Source: Lama glama (taxonomy: Eukaryota). Taken from it: DNA of 64,000 nt. This document shows, piece after piece, positions 39,407 to 51,559 of the stretch. Position numbers and translations under genes: made by a program. The stretch spans positions 5,022,001 to 5,086,000 of the forward strand of contig CM052852.1 in the NCBI GenBank assembly GCA_028534125.1, given 5' to 3'. Under the pieces are notes generated by a model, which was not told the origin of the DNA, did no database searches, and saw only the letters and a program-made list of their open reading frames with translations. Within the stretch, counting starts at the first letter, position 1, and every line of letters starts with the position of its first letter.

Positions 39407-40420
39407 TTGAAAAGACACGCGCACCCCCACACCATGTTCGCTGCAGCATTATTTACAAGAGCCAAGATGTGGAAACAACTTAAGTGTCCACTGACAGGTT
39501 AATGTATAAAAAAAACAATATATATAGCAACTATTCAGCCATAATAAAGAATAAATTCTTGCCATTTGCAACAACATGGCAGGACCTTGAGAGCGTTATG
39601 CTTAAGTGAAATAAGCCTCACAGAGAACGACAAATACCATAAGATCTCACTTATATGTGGAATCAAAAAACAACCACTATCACCACCCAAAAACCGGAGC
39701 TCAGGGATAGAACAGATTGGTGAGATCTGTGGTTGCCAGAGGTTTGCAGGGAGCCAAGGCGAAATTCATGAATGTTGGGCCAACCGACATGCTTCAGTGT
39801 CCGACGACCCCCATTCCTGGGCTCTCAGATGTCTGACACTCTTTGCTGGGCATATTTCCCCAGCAAACTGACAGCCCCTGGTAATGGCCACCTTATCAGT
39901 CATAGCCCCCACCGCCCTGCACGGACCCTAAACCTCTTTCCTCACATAAAACCAACCAGAGACTTGCTCACAAGCTGATCAGGCACCCTGTGACCCGACC
40001 TTATAAAAGACCCCGACAACTGGCCCTCGGTGCTTGCGTAGGCACCCCTCGCCTGTGCGGCCCGCCGTTGTCTATGACAGCACACCCTAATAAACTCCTT
40101 TTTTATTCTTACACTTAATGTCTGGTGTCACTGACTCACCGACCGACCGCCCCGTTGTGTCCCACAACAATGAAGGGGGTCAAAAGGTCCAGATCGCCAG
40201 TCGTAAAGCAAGTAAGTCATGGTGATGTAATGTGCAGCCTGGTGACTAGAGTTGGTGATACTGACTTGCATATTTGAAAGCTACTAAGAAGCACATCTTA
40301 AAAGTCCTCAGCACAAGAAAGCAAAAAACTTTTGTGGCAGGCACTAACTAGTCTTACTGAATCCTCACCTTGGACACCTGACAGTAATTTATGGCAACTA
40401 TACCTCAATTTTTAAAAAAA
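39407..40420 (+). mobile_element. L1MA9-like 3' fragment split by a solo LTR
   Basis: ATGTTCGCTGCAGCATTATTTACAAGAGCCAAGATGTGGAAACAAC... resumes after 40174 with GAAGGGGGTCAAAAGG...; A tail ~40415. Confidence 0.8.
39773..40169 (+). mobile_element. Endogenous retrovirus solo LTR (397 bp)
   Basis: TGTTG...CAACA termini, perfect 5-bp TSD ATGAA (39768-39772, 40170-40174), TATAAAA 40002-40008, AATAAA 40089-40094. Confidence 0.88.
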
Positions 40421-40549
40421 AAAGACAGAAAGAACATCCTAGAGGCAGATGGCTGGCTTCAAGCCACGACTCAGCCCTTCACTTGCTGTGTGATCTTAGT
40501 ATCTCTGGGCCTCAGCTTTTTTGGCCACAAAAAGAATAACAGAACGAAC

Positions 40550-40865
40550 TGATTTTGTTCCTCCGGGCTGCTATTACAAATACCACCCACGGGGTGGCTT
40601 AGAAACAACAGAAATTCATTTCTCACGGTTCTGGAGGCTGGAAAGTCCAAGATCAAGGCACTGGCACACCCGCTGTCTGGTAAGGATGGCGCCGTCTTGT
40701 TTTGCTCACGTGAGGGAAGGGCGGGAGGGTCCCCCTCCCCGCAGTCTCTTTTATAAGGGCACCAATCCCATTTCTGAAGGCTCCGCCTTCATGACCTCGT
40801 CACGCCCAAAGGCCCCACCTCCTAATACCTGGGGAGTTGGATTTCCACCTGTGAACTGTGGGCTT
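40550..40865 (-). mobile_element. MLT1A-like MaLR LTR
   Basis: GGCTTAGAAACAACAGAAATTCATTTCTCACGGTTCTGGAGGCTGGAAAGTCCAAGATCAAGG...CCCAAAGGCCCCACCTCCTAATACC. Confidence 0.8.
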
Positions 40866-43579
40866 CAGAGCCCAGCGCCCAGCTAGCAGAGCTGGTCTGC
40901 GGGTCCTGACACCGGAAGGCACTTGGCACAGAGCCCGCAGCAGGGAAATGCTGACCGCCTGGCAGCTGCTGCCTCACCGTCACCCGCCAGGAGAGAGCAC
41001 GGGGAGGAATAAGACGGACTGACCTCCTCCCCCAGGGAGGACTGTCTAGAGAGGGAACCTCAGAGTCTCCGCCTGATTTTGGTTCGTTGTAAGGATTAGC
41101 AGGCACGTGGTGCTTGCTCTAAGCGAGCTCCTGTTTTTTAAAACCGCTAAAGGGAAAAGACAGATAGCAATCTTTGACCTTTGAAAAAACATAAACATGA
41201 GAGCGACATTCAGTTTACTTAATATGCAAGATCCACTTGATAAAAATGAAGATTATAATTAGACCATTGTGTTTCCTAATCTGAAATGTATCTCAGTGTG
41301 CCCTCAGGATCAGGAAAGTATTCCCCTCGGTGAAAACTTACTAAGTACCTAGATGCAAAACAGCTATCACAAGGCTACGTTTACTGTGAGTAAGAGTACC
41401 CCAAAAATCATTTCAAAAGCAATATATTCGTCCCAATTTAAGGTAAACATTTCAAAGTGGCATCATTTCTTAGATATACAGCATATTAAGGTAACGTAGA
41501 TCAGTTAGCCATCCACCCTCCCATAACAGAAACAATATGTATTATTGCTGCAGTGGAGTGAAGCCACGATACCTGAAGTGAAATTCCCTGCCATTGGTAT
41601 ATGTGGTAAATAATTACTTCCTGCTTCTGTGCGCTACTCCCTTGCTTTGATGAGAAAGCCGACGGCGCTTTCTACCAAGTATTTAATCTGGGTCGACACA
41701 TCACGTAGCAACTATTCCAATGTTTTTGTGAAATCGTAGCAGGCACTTGAGGGGACATGCAAGTTTCTAAGACAAGTTTCTTCTTAGGGAGCCTATATCT
41801 CTGGGCAATGAGGCGTGGGCATATGGGTGCTGTCATATAGTTATAATTAGCCATCGCTTAATGCTTTAACACACATTGTCACGTATGATGGGGGCACGGA
41901 TACTATTAATATTGAGTAGTTTAATGTTAGAATTGTGAGTAGAGAGAAGATTTCACAGTAACAGTTGAGTGGAGTCCTGAAGGATGACTAAAGGTCATTT
42001 TAGTGCTCTGTGCAGTCATCATTTAACCACTTTACTATATCCCTTCTACACTTAGGCTAAGTTCACGTCACTGGTTCCTGTGGCCCTTCAATAGCTGGGT
42101 ATGAAATATTACCAGGATGCTTTTGGCAGCAAGTAACAGATTCTCTGCTGGGACTCACCACCGTAAGTGCAAGACTGGGTGTGCGCCTGGTCGATTGCAC
42201 CTCTCTGGATGGCTTCTTCCATGCTCACTTTTCACTTCCTCCTAACAGGCTGATTCCTTTCATCATCATCAGATAGCTTCAGTTGCTGTCTGAGCTTTAT
42301 GGTCCCAGTTTATGGCCAGTAGACGTGAGGTGGGGTGGGAGGGGGAAGTCACCCGCAGCCAATGGAAAATCAGGTTTCTCTTTAATCGATTTCGACCATT
42401 TGGCATTAGGCCTGTGTCCTGCGACCCCACCCCACCCTTTTCCATTCCCAGGAGAGTGCCTCATGCTTAGATTAACCCAGACGAATCATTTGGAGAAAGC
42501 GGCAGGCCCCACCAGAGAATTACACCACTATTAATTAAAAAACCTCATCCTTAGTTGTCATTTCATTAAAGTAGTTTTCCGTCATTCTCTTACGCCAGTG
42601 TTTCAAATCTGGAGATGGTGGCTGGGGTAATGGAAGAAGACAGGACTGGAGCTCTTCATTCTGTACTGATTCTCTGCATTGGCCAGGGGATGTGAATAAT
42701 CACTTAAGTCTATAAGCCTCACTTTCCATAGATTCTCTTAAAGGTTCCTTTCAGACCAGAATTCTAGGTTTGATATGGCCTAGTTCTCTCACGTTTGGAT
42801 GGACTGGGTTATGCCATGTTTTACGCTGGAGATTTTTAAGCTCAGGGAAAATAATGTGGTTTGAAAACCTACTTCCAACCGGTTTTTACATGAAGTACAC
42901 CAGTAGATGCACTCTTAAAAGACCTACATTTCAGCTAATTCCCGGTTAACCGGCGCTTTCCTTTTCCTCTATAAAATGTGCTTAGAAACAACCCAGATGT
43001 CCATGAACTGATGGATGGATAAACAAATTGTAGTACACCTACACACGAGAATTTGCATTCCTAATGACAGTGCTCCCAGGAGATGCTGCTGCTGCCAATC
43101 ATGGTTTGAGTTTCACTTTCCTCCCAGCATCCTTCACACCCTCTGCACTTCCACGCGCTGCATCTTTGTGATGCATTTACAACTGCCCTATATTTACACA
43201 GCCATGCGTCCAAGGTCCAAGTAGGAAATGTAAGAGCAAATGTTAAATGTAAATGCCACGTTTCCAGTTTTGCTTACCCCATGTCTTCCTGGAAGCCCTC
43301 CCCCTCCCCTCAGTTCTGAATGTTGCATAATTCCACCTTCCTTCATCTTGTTTTAATAATGAAAACCTTTCCTTTGAAAGTTCATCTTCTCACTTCTGTA
43401 GGCGAGGACAATGGGGGCAAGGTGACAATGGAGTGGAGACAATGGCCCCTCAGCTGGGTCACAGAAAACCCCTCTGACACTGGGTGCTTCTTCTATGTGA
43501 GTCGTGGTCTCAAAGGCGGATGCTTTCCCGGTGGCCGCTCACCTGCGCCGCAGACATGTTCTGGCTGGAGCTTTCCTCA

Positions 43580-44003
43580 CCATATCCGTTTGCAAAGGCT
43601 TAACAGAATGCCACAAACGGAATGGTTTAAATAACAGAAATGTACCCTCTCACAGTTCTGGAAGCTACAAGTAAGATCAAAACGTTGACAGAGCTGCGCC
43701 ACCTCTGACAGCGCCAGGGAAGTTCTGTTCCAGGCCCCTCTCCCAGGTCCCGGCAGTTCTTGGCTGGTGGCAGGAGAACGCCAGTCTTCACAAGGCCTTC
43801 TCCCTGGAGGGGTCTCTGTCTCTGCCTCCAAATTTCCCCTTTTTATTACGACATCAGTCATACTGGATTAGGGCCCACCCTAATGACCTCATCTTAACCT
43901 TATCATCTGCAAAGACCCTCTTTCCAATTAAGGCCACACTCACAAGCACTGCGTGTTAGGACTTCAGCATCTTTTTGGGAGACACAGTTCAACCCAAAAC
44001 ATT
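43580..44003 (-). mobile_element. MLT1B/C-like MaLR LTR
   Basis: CAGTCATACTGGATTAGGGCCCACCCTAATGACCTCATCTTAAC...ATCTGCAAAGACCCTCTTTCCAA. Confidence 0.8.
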
Positions 44004-44399
44004 CATATTTGCAGAATGGCTGCGAAAAACCTCACCCAGGGCCAGGCCAGCTCCAGTCTTTGCACACTTTGTTCAGCAGTGATGTTGCAAACCAGCACTG
44101 GCTTGGTCCCTAGCAAGCCAGTCCTGCCAAGCTCGGCTGTGCTCATGGCCAAGGCAGAATTCGCCCCTCCCCAGATGGGATAAAGACTGAAGGGAGTCTC
44201 TTGGTGGGAGGCCAGCGGGAGGGTGAAGCAACCAGCTGGCCTCCTGCAAAGCTTCAGGAAGGAAAAGGAGCCAGGCACCTCATCTGCCCTCAGGCTCCCC
44301 TCACGGCCACATGCAGATTCTGGACCCAGCTCCATGGTCTTTGATCAAGTGATTTGACTTGAAGAGGGCTCTGAACACTGACTTGCCTGTTTCTTTACT

Positions 44400-44970
44400 G
44401 CAGGAAGAAGCATGTTTCTAATTCCTTCTCTAATTCATTTTACCCTTGTGGAGAAGACCCACTTGGAACCCCAGACTTGGCATAAAGATTATTTTAAACT
44501 GAAGACATTTGAGATTCAACAGATGCAGAAAAAAAGCCTCCTCGAGCTTCTCTTATCAGACTAAAAGCAACTTCTGGGAAGTGAAGCCACCATAAATCCC
44601 CCCTCTGGGGGAGTTTTACAGCCCTGATGGAGACAGAACGACTGCTGTACCTGCGTAGACAACTGTTATCACAAACTTTCTTATCTCCTGTCTGGTCTCC
44701 AAAAAACCCGTTTGTTTTTCTTAAATAAACCTATTTGTTTTTCCCACAGAAGCTGTTCCTCCCCCATCCCTTTTCCCTGCTAGGTTGGGTATGTAAATCT
44801 TTAACTTTACCCATTTAAGGAGCCAGATACTTCTTTTGTTGGTTCCTGTATGCATAGGAAATAAACCTTTTTCTCTTGTCAAACTGTCTTTTGTCAGTTT
44901 AATTTATAGGCCCCAGGCAATTAACTTAAGCGGGTAGAGGAGAAGTTTTTTCTTTTTTTCCCTTCCCTCC
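44400..44970 (+). mobile_element. ERV1-type solo LTR (MER34/MER4-group-like)
   Basis: TTGGCATAAAGATTATTTTAAACTGAAG...AATAAACC...CTGTCTTTTGTCAGTTTAATTTATAGGCCCCAG. Confidence 0.65.
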
Positions 44971-45030
44971 GCCCTCTCCACCTCTAGGCAAATGTTGGCA
45001 TCTGGTTTGTATGAGGATAAGAAAGAGCTT

Positions 45031-45047
45031 TGCTCCCCCTAGTGGAC
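45031..45047 (-). promoter_or_regulatory. CTCF motif (reverse)
   Basis: Minus strand GTCCACTAGGGGGAGCA matches the CTCF core. Confidence 0.55.
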
Positions 45048-45949
45048 ATCGGGAGGTTCTGTCCAAATAGCCGGTTGGCACAGTTGGATGGCCAGCCACC
45101 GAATCCTGCTTCTGCCACCTTCCAGCTGTGCGACCTTGGGCAACTCCTTTGATGTCACTCTGAGTCTTTGTGCCCCCTGGAAAATAAGGCTAGTCATGGT
45201 TCCTGTCTACGGCTTGCGCGGGTTAAATGAACTCACGTTAGTGAATCACTTAGACCAGAGCTGGCATTGTTACTAAGTGTTAGCTTGTAGTAGCTGCGGT
45301 TTGCAGCAGAAGATCCCAATTTGTTTTTTCTAAAATGATGTCACATGGGACACCAAGTATACTGCATTGAATATTTGTCGCATGGCTGGCACTACTGTAG
45401 GCATTTCCCCACTTAACCCTCACAATAATCCTGGCAGTTGCATGTTGTTATGCTTCGACGACTCTGAGGAAACGGAAAATGAGTCAAAGTAACGGATACC
45501 AGCGAATGAATGATAAAGCCAGTACTCAAACCGTGTTCTCCCTGACCCTGAAGCCCACACTTTAAAACGTGACTGGTTTTTTTAATCATTAAATATTTAC
45601 TGAGCACCCAGCAGGAAGCATGGAAATACACATTTGCTTCCCACGTTTACTATTCAAGTTCAAAGCTCAGGAATAAAGAAATCATGCATCACAAGCTACC
45701 CGCCCTCTTTGTCCCCTACAATACAGAGCGGCGGTGCCGCGTCTTTGTGGGACATGGCTGGTTAGGAGACAGGGTCTCTGTGCTTCTCCTCAGACTGCCT
45801 TCTCCTTACTTCAAAAACCCTTTTATTTGAAAAATAAAGCCCTACCTCTGAATTAGCCGCGAGGTTGATGTCCTTGTATTTTTTCTCCACTGCATGGTAA
45901 CCTGCTCCATCTTAGTTATATGCACACATTCGGCCAACGTTTATCAAAC

Positions 45950-46150
45950 AGCAAATTCACGTCGGGCCTCTGCGCGGTCCTGAGGACACAGTCCCCGCCG
46001 TCGGGGACGGGGCGGCCACGGCCGGCAGGTGGAACATGGCGGCACCCATCATGCACTGCGGCGCCGGTTACCAGGTCACGTACACCGGGCGCCGGAGTAA
46101 GTCGTGGTTCCGCGTGCTTGTGGGAGGGGCCGGCTCCGGCTAATCTGAGG
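45950..46150 (+). promoter_or_regulatory. Intergenic CpG-rich element, promoter-like
   Basis: High CpG; GC boxes 45993-45999 and 46009-46015; YY1 consensus AACATGGCGGC 46033-46043; donor GTAAGT 46097-46102. Confidence 0.4.
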
Positions 46151-46289
46151 AGAAAATGAGCGTTTGATTGAATAGGAAAAGCAAGGAAGCGCACTGGGGG
46201 CCCTTGGAACAGGCGGGAGAGCGTGTCCTGTACGTGGGAATGGGGATTTTTCCGCACACGGCCAGAGCAGGGGGGGGGGCGTGCTGGGG

Positions 46290-46760
46290 AGAGAGGAGAT
46301 GCTGAAGGCAGATGGCGCCCAGATTGTGGAGCGTTTTGATGTTATCAAAGGAGTGTGGACTTCGTCCTGTAGGCCAGAGGGAAAAGAGGGCCTCAAGGTT
46401 TTTTCAGCAGGGATGTGCCTAGGACAAGATGTGCGTTTCGGAGCTGTGATGGTGGTGGTGTGGAGGAAGGGGGAGGGCGGAGATGGAGGGCTGCCGCGGT
46501 AACCGGGGCGGGGGGTAAGGGCTCGAACTGAGCTGGTGAGGCTGGACAAACAGGAGACACCTGTGGGAGTCAACAAGCCTTGGATCCCAGGGAAGCTGCA
46601 GGTGAGACTCCCTGGACGGAGAAGTGGGCGGGGGCTGGAGGCCACGTGGCTCCGCGTGGAAGTCGAAGCTGCAGCTGGCCCTTTCCGGACGGTTGAGGCA
46701 CCGTGGGGCGTTGGGTGCAGATGTCAAGGAGGCAGTTGAGGACCGAGTGGCTATCAAATC
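46290..46760 (-). mobile_element. Degraded L2 fragment, unusually CpG-rich
   Basis: CAGATTGTGGAGCG...GGAGTGTGGACTT...GAGCTGTGATGGTGGTGGTGTGGAGG...CAGATGTCAAGGAGGCAGTTG, typical reverse L2 remnants. Confidence 0.55.
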
Positions 46761-46767
46761 GGCAGGT

Positions 46768-46996
46768 TAGGGTTACCAGACTTAGCAAATAGATGCTCAG
46801 TTCAATTGGAAAGTCAAATAAACAACAAATCCTTTATTAATATGTGTGTCCCATGTAATATCTGGGCCAAAGGATCTTTTTTTAGGTGTAAGTAACTCCT
46901 GGATAGCGCAGGGCATATACTTACACTAAAATTAGACCAGTCATTTATCTGACATTCCAATTGAACTGGGCTCCCTGTATCTTATGTGGCGACCTT
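46768..46996. mobile_element. MER53-like hAT MITE
   Basis: TAGGGTTACCAGACTTAGCAAATA...TTTATCTGACATTCCAATTGAACTGGGC...TGGCGACC. Confidence 0.7.
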
Positions 46997-49049
46997 CCCT
47001 GACAAGTACCATCCCACCTTCCCCTCCATGCCAGCTAGTAGCATGGCCTGTGCTCCAGGATGTGGGGCTTTTATTACTAAACCTTGGATGGCCCAGGCAA
47101 CCTGGGATGAGTTGGTCACTCTAGGCTGAACCGACGTTGGTCAAATTGACTTGAGAGAATCTTCTGACCCTTCGGCAACCTCCAGGGCCCTTCAGTTGGG
47201 GTCGGTGCTGTGCGTGCCGTGGGGAACCACAGGCCACGCCAGGCCAGGAGTCCACCCCAGAGACCACTGACTGCAGTTCCACATCTTCACACCATCCGCC
47301 ACCTGGACCGTGCCGAAGAATTCCAAACTTTACTGGAATTTTCCTTTGGCTTGGATTTTTTTTCTCCTGAAGAACATTTGCTGCTGATTTTGTCCTGCTT
47401 TACAATTCTGCCCGGTGGAGATGTCCTGTTTTCATCCCCATGTGACTCTTCCCCTGTCATTGTCTTCCTTCTCAGTTCAGTTGACTCCACCTCCTGCAGT
47501 TTGCTTATCAGACTGACAGACACCACAGGCCTGGACTCTGTTCTGCCAACTTCTTAGGTTTAATCCCAGGGCTGTTGCTCTGCCAAGCAGATGTGTATTA
47601 AAATGTGCATAAGAAAAGAAGCAAGCTGGGCTTATTTAGAAATTTCTTTAATTTGCACAAACTCCATTGGTATAAGAGTTTTTTTTTCTATAAAAACCCA
47701 CAACAAATGTATGTTAATAGTTACTTAGATCTAGACAAAGTCCTATTTGGTATTGTCTGCCACCGTCACTCTGCCCGCTGCCAGAGACGCAAACACGGTA
47801 ACTGAGTATTCAGATGCAGAGACATCTGCGGCACATCGTAGCTTTTTTCTTGATTGTAGGAGCTCTCTGCTCCCGGGAATGAGTAACCTCAACTGCCTGC
47901 TAAATGGTTTTGTCCAACTTGAAAGAGTTTATGTTTTTCTTGTTAGGTATTATGTTATTTACAAGGTGTTAGAAATGACTCCAATTTCCACTCAGGTCTT
48001 CGGGTCCTGTGTGTGTCAATGTGATAAAAGCATCTAAGAAACATGCTTTCACGCACTAAACTAAAGGTATGGCCACTGGGCTCAGACCATCCAAAGAGGG
48101 AGAGTGAATATTGTTCATTACATGCACATACATGTACATACACAGGCACAGAACACACGCACACAATTTAATTATTAAAAAAATATTCTGAGCTATGTTT
48201 TCTGGACTCACTATTCTAGATCTGACTATTAGTAGATATACTTTTCATTATTCTTGTGAGACAGACATCAGCCGCAGGGCCATCTGATCTGAAAGTTTTA
48301 AAAACCAGGACTATTAGGGCAAGCACCGAGTGACAGAGGGGGTCTCATATATTCATTAGACAGTCACGTCCAGAAAGGAGAGAGAGAACCGGCCAGACCG
48401 GGGTCGAATTCAAAGCCAAGAAAACACAGGGTCAGCAGGAGTAGGATGGGAGTAGGTGGCCCAGGAAAGCAACCTGTGAGCCACCAGAAGACAGCGTTTG
48501 CTCTGGATCTTGTTTACAACTTTGGGTTCCGTGTGGGCAGCCAGGAAGACCCGGAGGCTGGCAAGGGAATCCTTCCCGAGTCCCGGCCAGTGGCAGAAGT
48601 GCTGGACCCAATGGCAGAGCCTGAAGCTATCCCCATCATTCTCCCAGTAAGAAACATCAGATACCACTTCTAGATGGCATTACTTCAGCCCTGAAGCAAA
48701 ATAAGCACCCAAGGCCTCTAGTGCAGATGTAATTGACAAGGGCTGTGTTGGCCAGCACCCGTCCAGCAGCTGGGAAACCTGGGTTCCCATCCTGTAGCAA
48801 GCCGCTTTCTCATCGACAACTGAGTTTCAATTGGATGCCGATCAGCCTTCATTTACAACAAATATAAATTTCTAAATGCTTCAGTGTCACTGGGTTATGT
48901 CCCCAAGCCACCTGATATTTTTTTTTACTAGCTCTTTAGCTGTCTATGTACAGTAGTGCCATAATTTCTTACACTTGGACTTGTAGATAGTCCGGAATGT
49001 GCATGTCTGGAATGAAGCGTGAGTTCATGCATTAGATTTAATGCCAGGG

Positions 49050-50368
49050 AACAAAGCCTTTGCTTAACTTTTTATTCATTATGGCACAAGAACTTTAAGA
49101 AACACCACTGAAAATGTCATCGCCAACATGAAAATTAAGATGTAGCATGTTTTATAAAAAAAATTCTTTTTCTATAATACACATTCCCTTATGAAGTGAA
49201 AAAAAAATCTCATAAAATACTGAAGCGAATCGCCACCTGCTGGTCAAATATTGTTTTGCACTTGAAAAACTTCAAATTTACTACTGAAGTGCGGTAGGAG
49301 TTTTACATTACACAGAAAGTTACCAAAGAAAACATTTCCTCAGCCTTTGGCACAATGTAAATACAAAGCTTTAGTTTTTTTTCTTCCAAATATGATTTAC
49401 TTTACAAAGCACTGCATAAAATTTGGTTAATACTGATTATGGGGCAAAAGGAAAAACCAAGTTCTGTCATTTGAATACTCTATTTTGATTCTTAAACACT
49501 TTATAGTTGGATTCCAGTTTGCAGTTTTGAAAAAAAAATCGTACATCATAAATATATATTATATATGGTCTATATAAAATTGAGTTTGACCTAAAATGGG
49601 AAGTACAACTTAATTATTCTTTCTTTGTCAGGCACGGCCTTTCTCTTGCTTCATTAACTGAATTCTTTCTTAAACAGATTCTAAAAATATATTCCATAAT
49701 GTATCAAATTTAATATTTTCCTTAAAACGTATTCAATATGAAAAAGCATTCAGTGACTATACTTTTTTGTATCTCACTACTATATAAAAATATGGCTTGT
49801 CATATTCTGTTTTACTTTGTTTTGTTAGTGTTTTCCTTAGGCATTGAAGGAAGGGCTGTCCTCAGTTAAAAAGCTATGGCAAAAGCACAGAAACCCGCTT
49901 GTGCATATTCTAGAACATTCTACAGACTCTCATTACTTAGAATCAGTGAAGTGATTAAAAAATTTTGTTCCTTCTGTTTTTTGTGAATATAACATATACG
50001 ATTATCATATATAATCTGTTACAGATATACAAGAGTCAAAACTGAAGACACATAAATACAGTTAAGCGATACCAAAGCGAGAGTTTTGCCGCATACAGAG
50101 CCAATGTGAACAGCTTTTAGACTGGGTATTAACAGCCATTTTTTGTTTTTGTTTTTTTCTGAAGGCTGGCTATGCAATAGAATCTTATTATAAATGGCCA
50201 GGGTAATAGTGCTCTCTATCTTTAAGTGAACTGAGTTTTCTCTCGTGGTTTTTTTTTTTAAGTGTAAAGGAAGAAAAATAAGGAAGTGCCCAATTGTTCC
50301 ACACCCACTTTTTCCCCTACTGAGTTGAAGAAGGCTGCTGGGGACGGGAGGGCTCGAGCCTGTGGGGC
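49050..50368 (-). other. ARHGAP6: ARHGAP6 3' UTR with poly(A) signal at 49071-49076
   Basis: AT-rich, repeat-free stretch after the stop; TTTATT on + (AATAAA on -) ~1.3 kb downstream of the stop. Confidence 0.65.
49230..49261 (-). promoter_or_regulatory. CTCF motif (reverse) with upstream-motif-like TGCAA
   Basis: Minus strand GTGCAAAACA-ATATT-TGACCAGCAGGTGGCGA. Confidence 0.6.
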
Positions 50369-51072
50369 TCATACCAGCGTTTCCGGGAGGGCATCGGGGT
50401 TGTCAGTGGATAAGAGCTCCCAGATCTGCCACCGCTCTCTCTGCCAGTCGAGCCAGCTGGGGTCCCCCAAGGTCTTACTGTTCTGATCGCTGGAAGGACC
50501 GGGGTGGGCGCTGCTCACTTTTTGCTGGGCGGCCTGATGCTCCCGCTCGGCTGTTTGGCTTCCCTCCTCCAGAGCGGCTCCAGAGCCTTCCTCCGGCCTC
50601 TGCGGCCTCCACAGCGGTGGCTCCGCGGGCTGGTGGGCCGCTGCTGACGCCTGCTTCCCTGGACCAGGATAAGGCGGAGGAGGCCTCTTGTCATGCTTGG
50701 CACCCTCTCCAGGTCTCTGGGGCGGAGGCTTGGCTCTCCTCTGCGGCCAGGCCACGTCCGGCTCGCTCTCGGCGACGTCTTGGGCGCCGCTCAGAGTCCA
50801 GCACTGCTCGGGCCTGGGCCGCGGCGCGGGCTGCTCGGCCCCGCCGCCGCCGCCCCGGATGTGCGGCGTGCTGCAGACGCGGGAGACGGGCGCGTGCGCC
50901 CCGCCCTCCGCCGCGGCGCTCGCGGTCTGAGTCCTCCGCACGCCCCGCGCACCGCCGCCCAGGTCCGCCGGGCCCCCCTGCCACCGAGGCCAATTCGGGG
51001 ACAGGTTCCCTTGAGAAAGGGAGCACGGCCCCGGTCGTAGGGAGCTGCTCTCAAAAATGTCTCCGTAGGAAC
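50369..51072 (-). CDS. ARHGAP6: Rho GTPase-activating protein 6, last coding exon
   Basis: Acceptor CTTCCAG|, (G)[32 protein letters not shown]...[12 protein letters not shown]...[28 protein letters not shown]. 704 bp in frame, ending in a class I PDZ-binding motif (ETLV). Confidence 0.95.
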
Positions 51073-51559
51073 CTGGAAGCCAGAGTGAAGGGCGAGAAGT
51101 GGAATTAGTTTGTACAATCCCTGTTGGGATGTCCTTCCCACTGCCAACCTGGAAAATTCAAAACGCATGGGACACGCTCAGCTGCTGCTGCCTAAAGTAA
51201 AAGACTTCCTAGTGAAATAACAAATGCTTTTTGATTTTTGGCACAATTCATGTAGCAGCTCCAAAGACAGATGTCTAGACCCTGACATGTTAGCTGTCAA
51301 ATGAGACTAAACAGTCCTTGGCACTAATTTGTTTTAGGAAGCTCCTCCCCCATCCCCACGTGGTTGTGAAACCTTTCCTGAACCTCGGAGGTGGAAGGAA
51401 CATGCCCTTCCTGTTCACTGCAACTTGAAATCCAGAGGAGACACAAATGATAATGTTTTCATGTTTCTATTGTTTCAGTAAAAGCTGTAGGAATAAAAGA
51501 ATTGAATCGAAAATGCCCCCATTTGGTGCCAGAAGACGATGAAAGACAGCAGCGCTGTG

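Noticed and set aside
50362-51108. 248-aa + strand ORF and other overlapping ORFs
   Set aside because: Shadows of the very GC-rich ARHGAP6 last exon, where stop codons are scarce.
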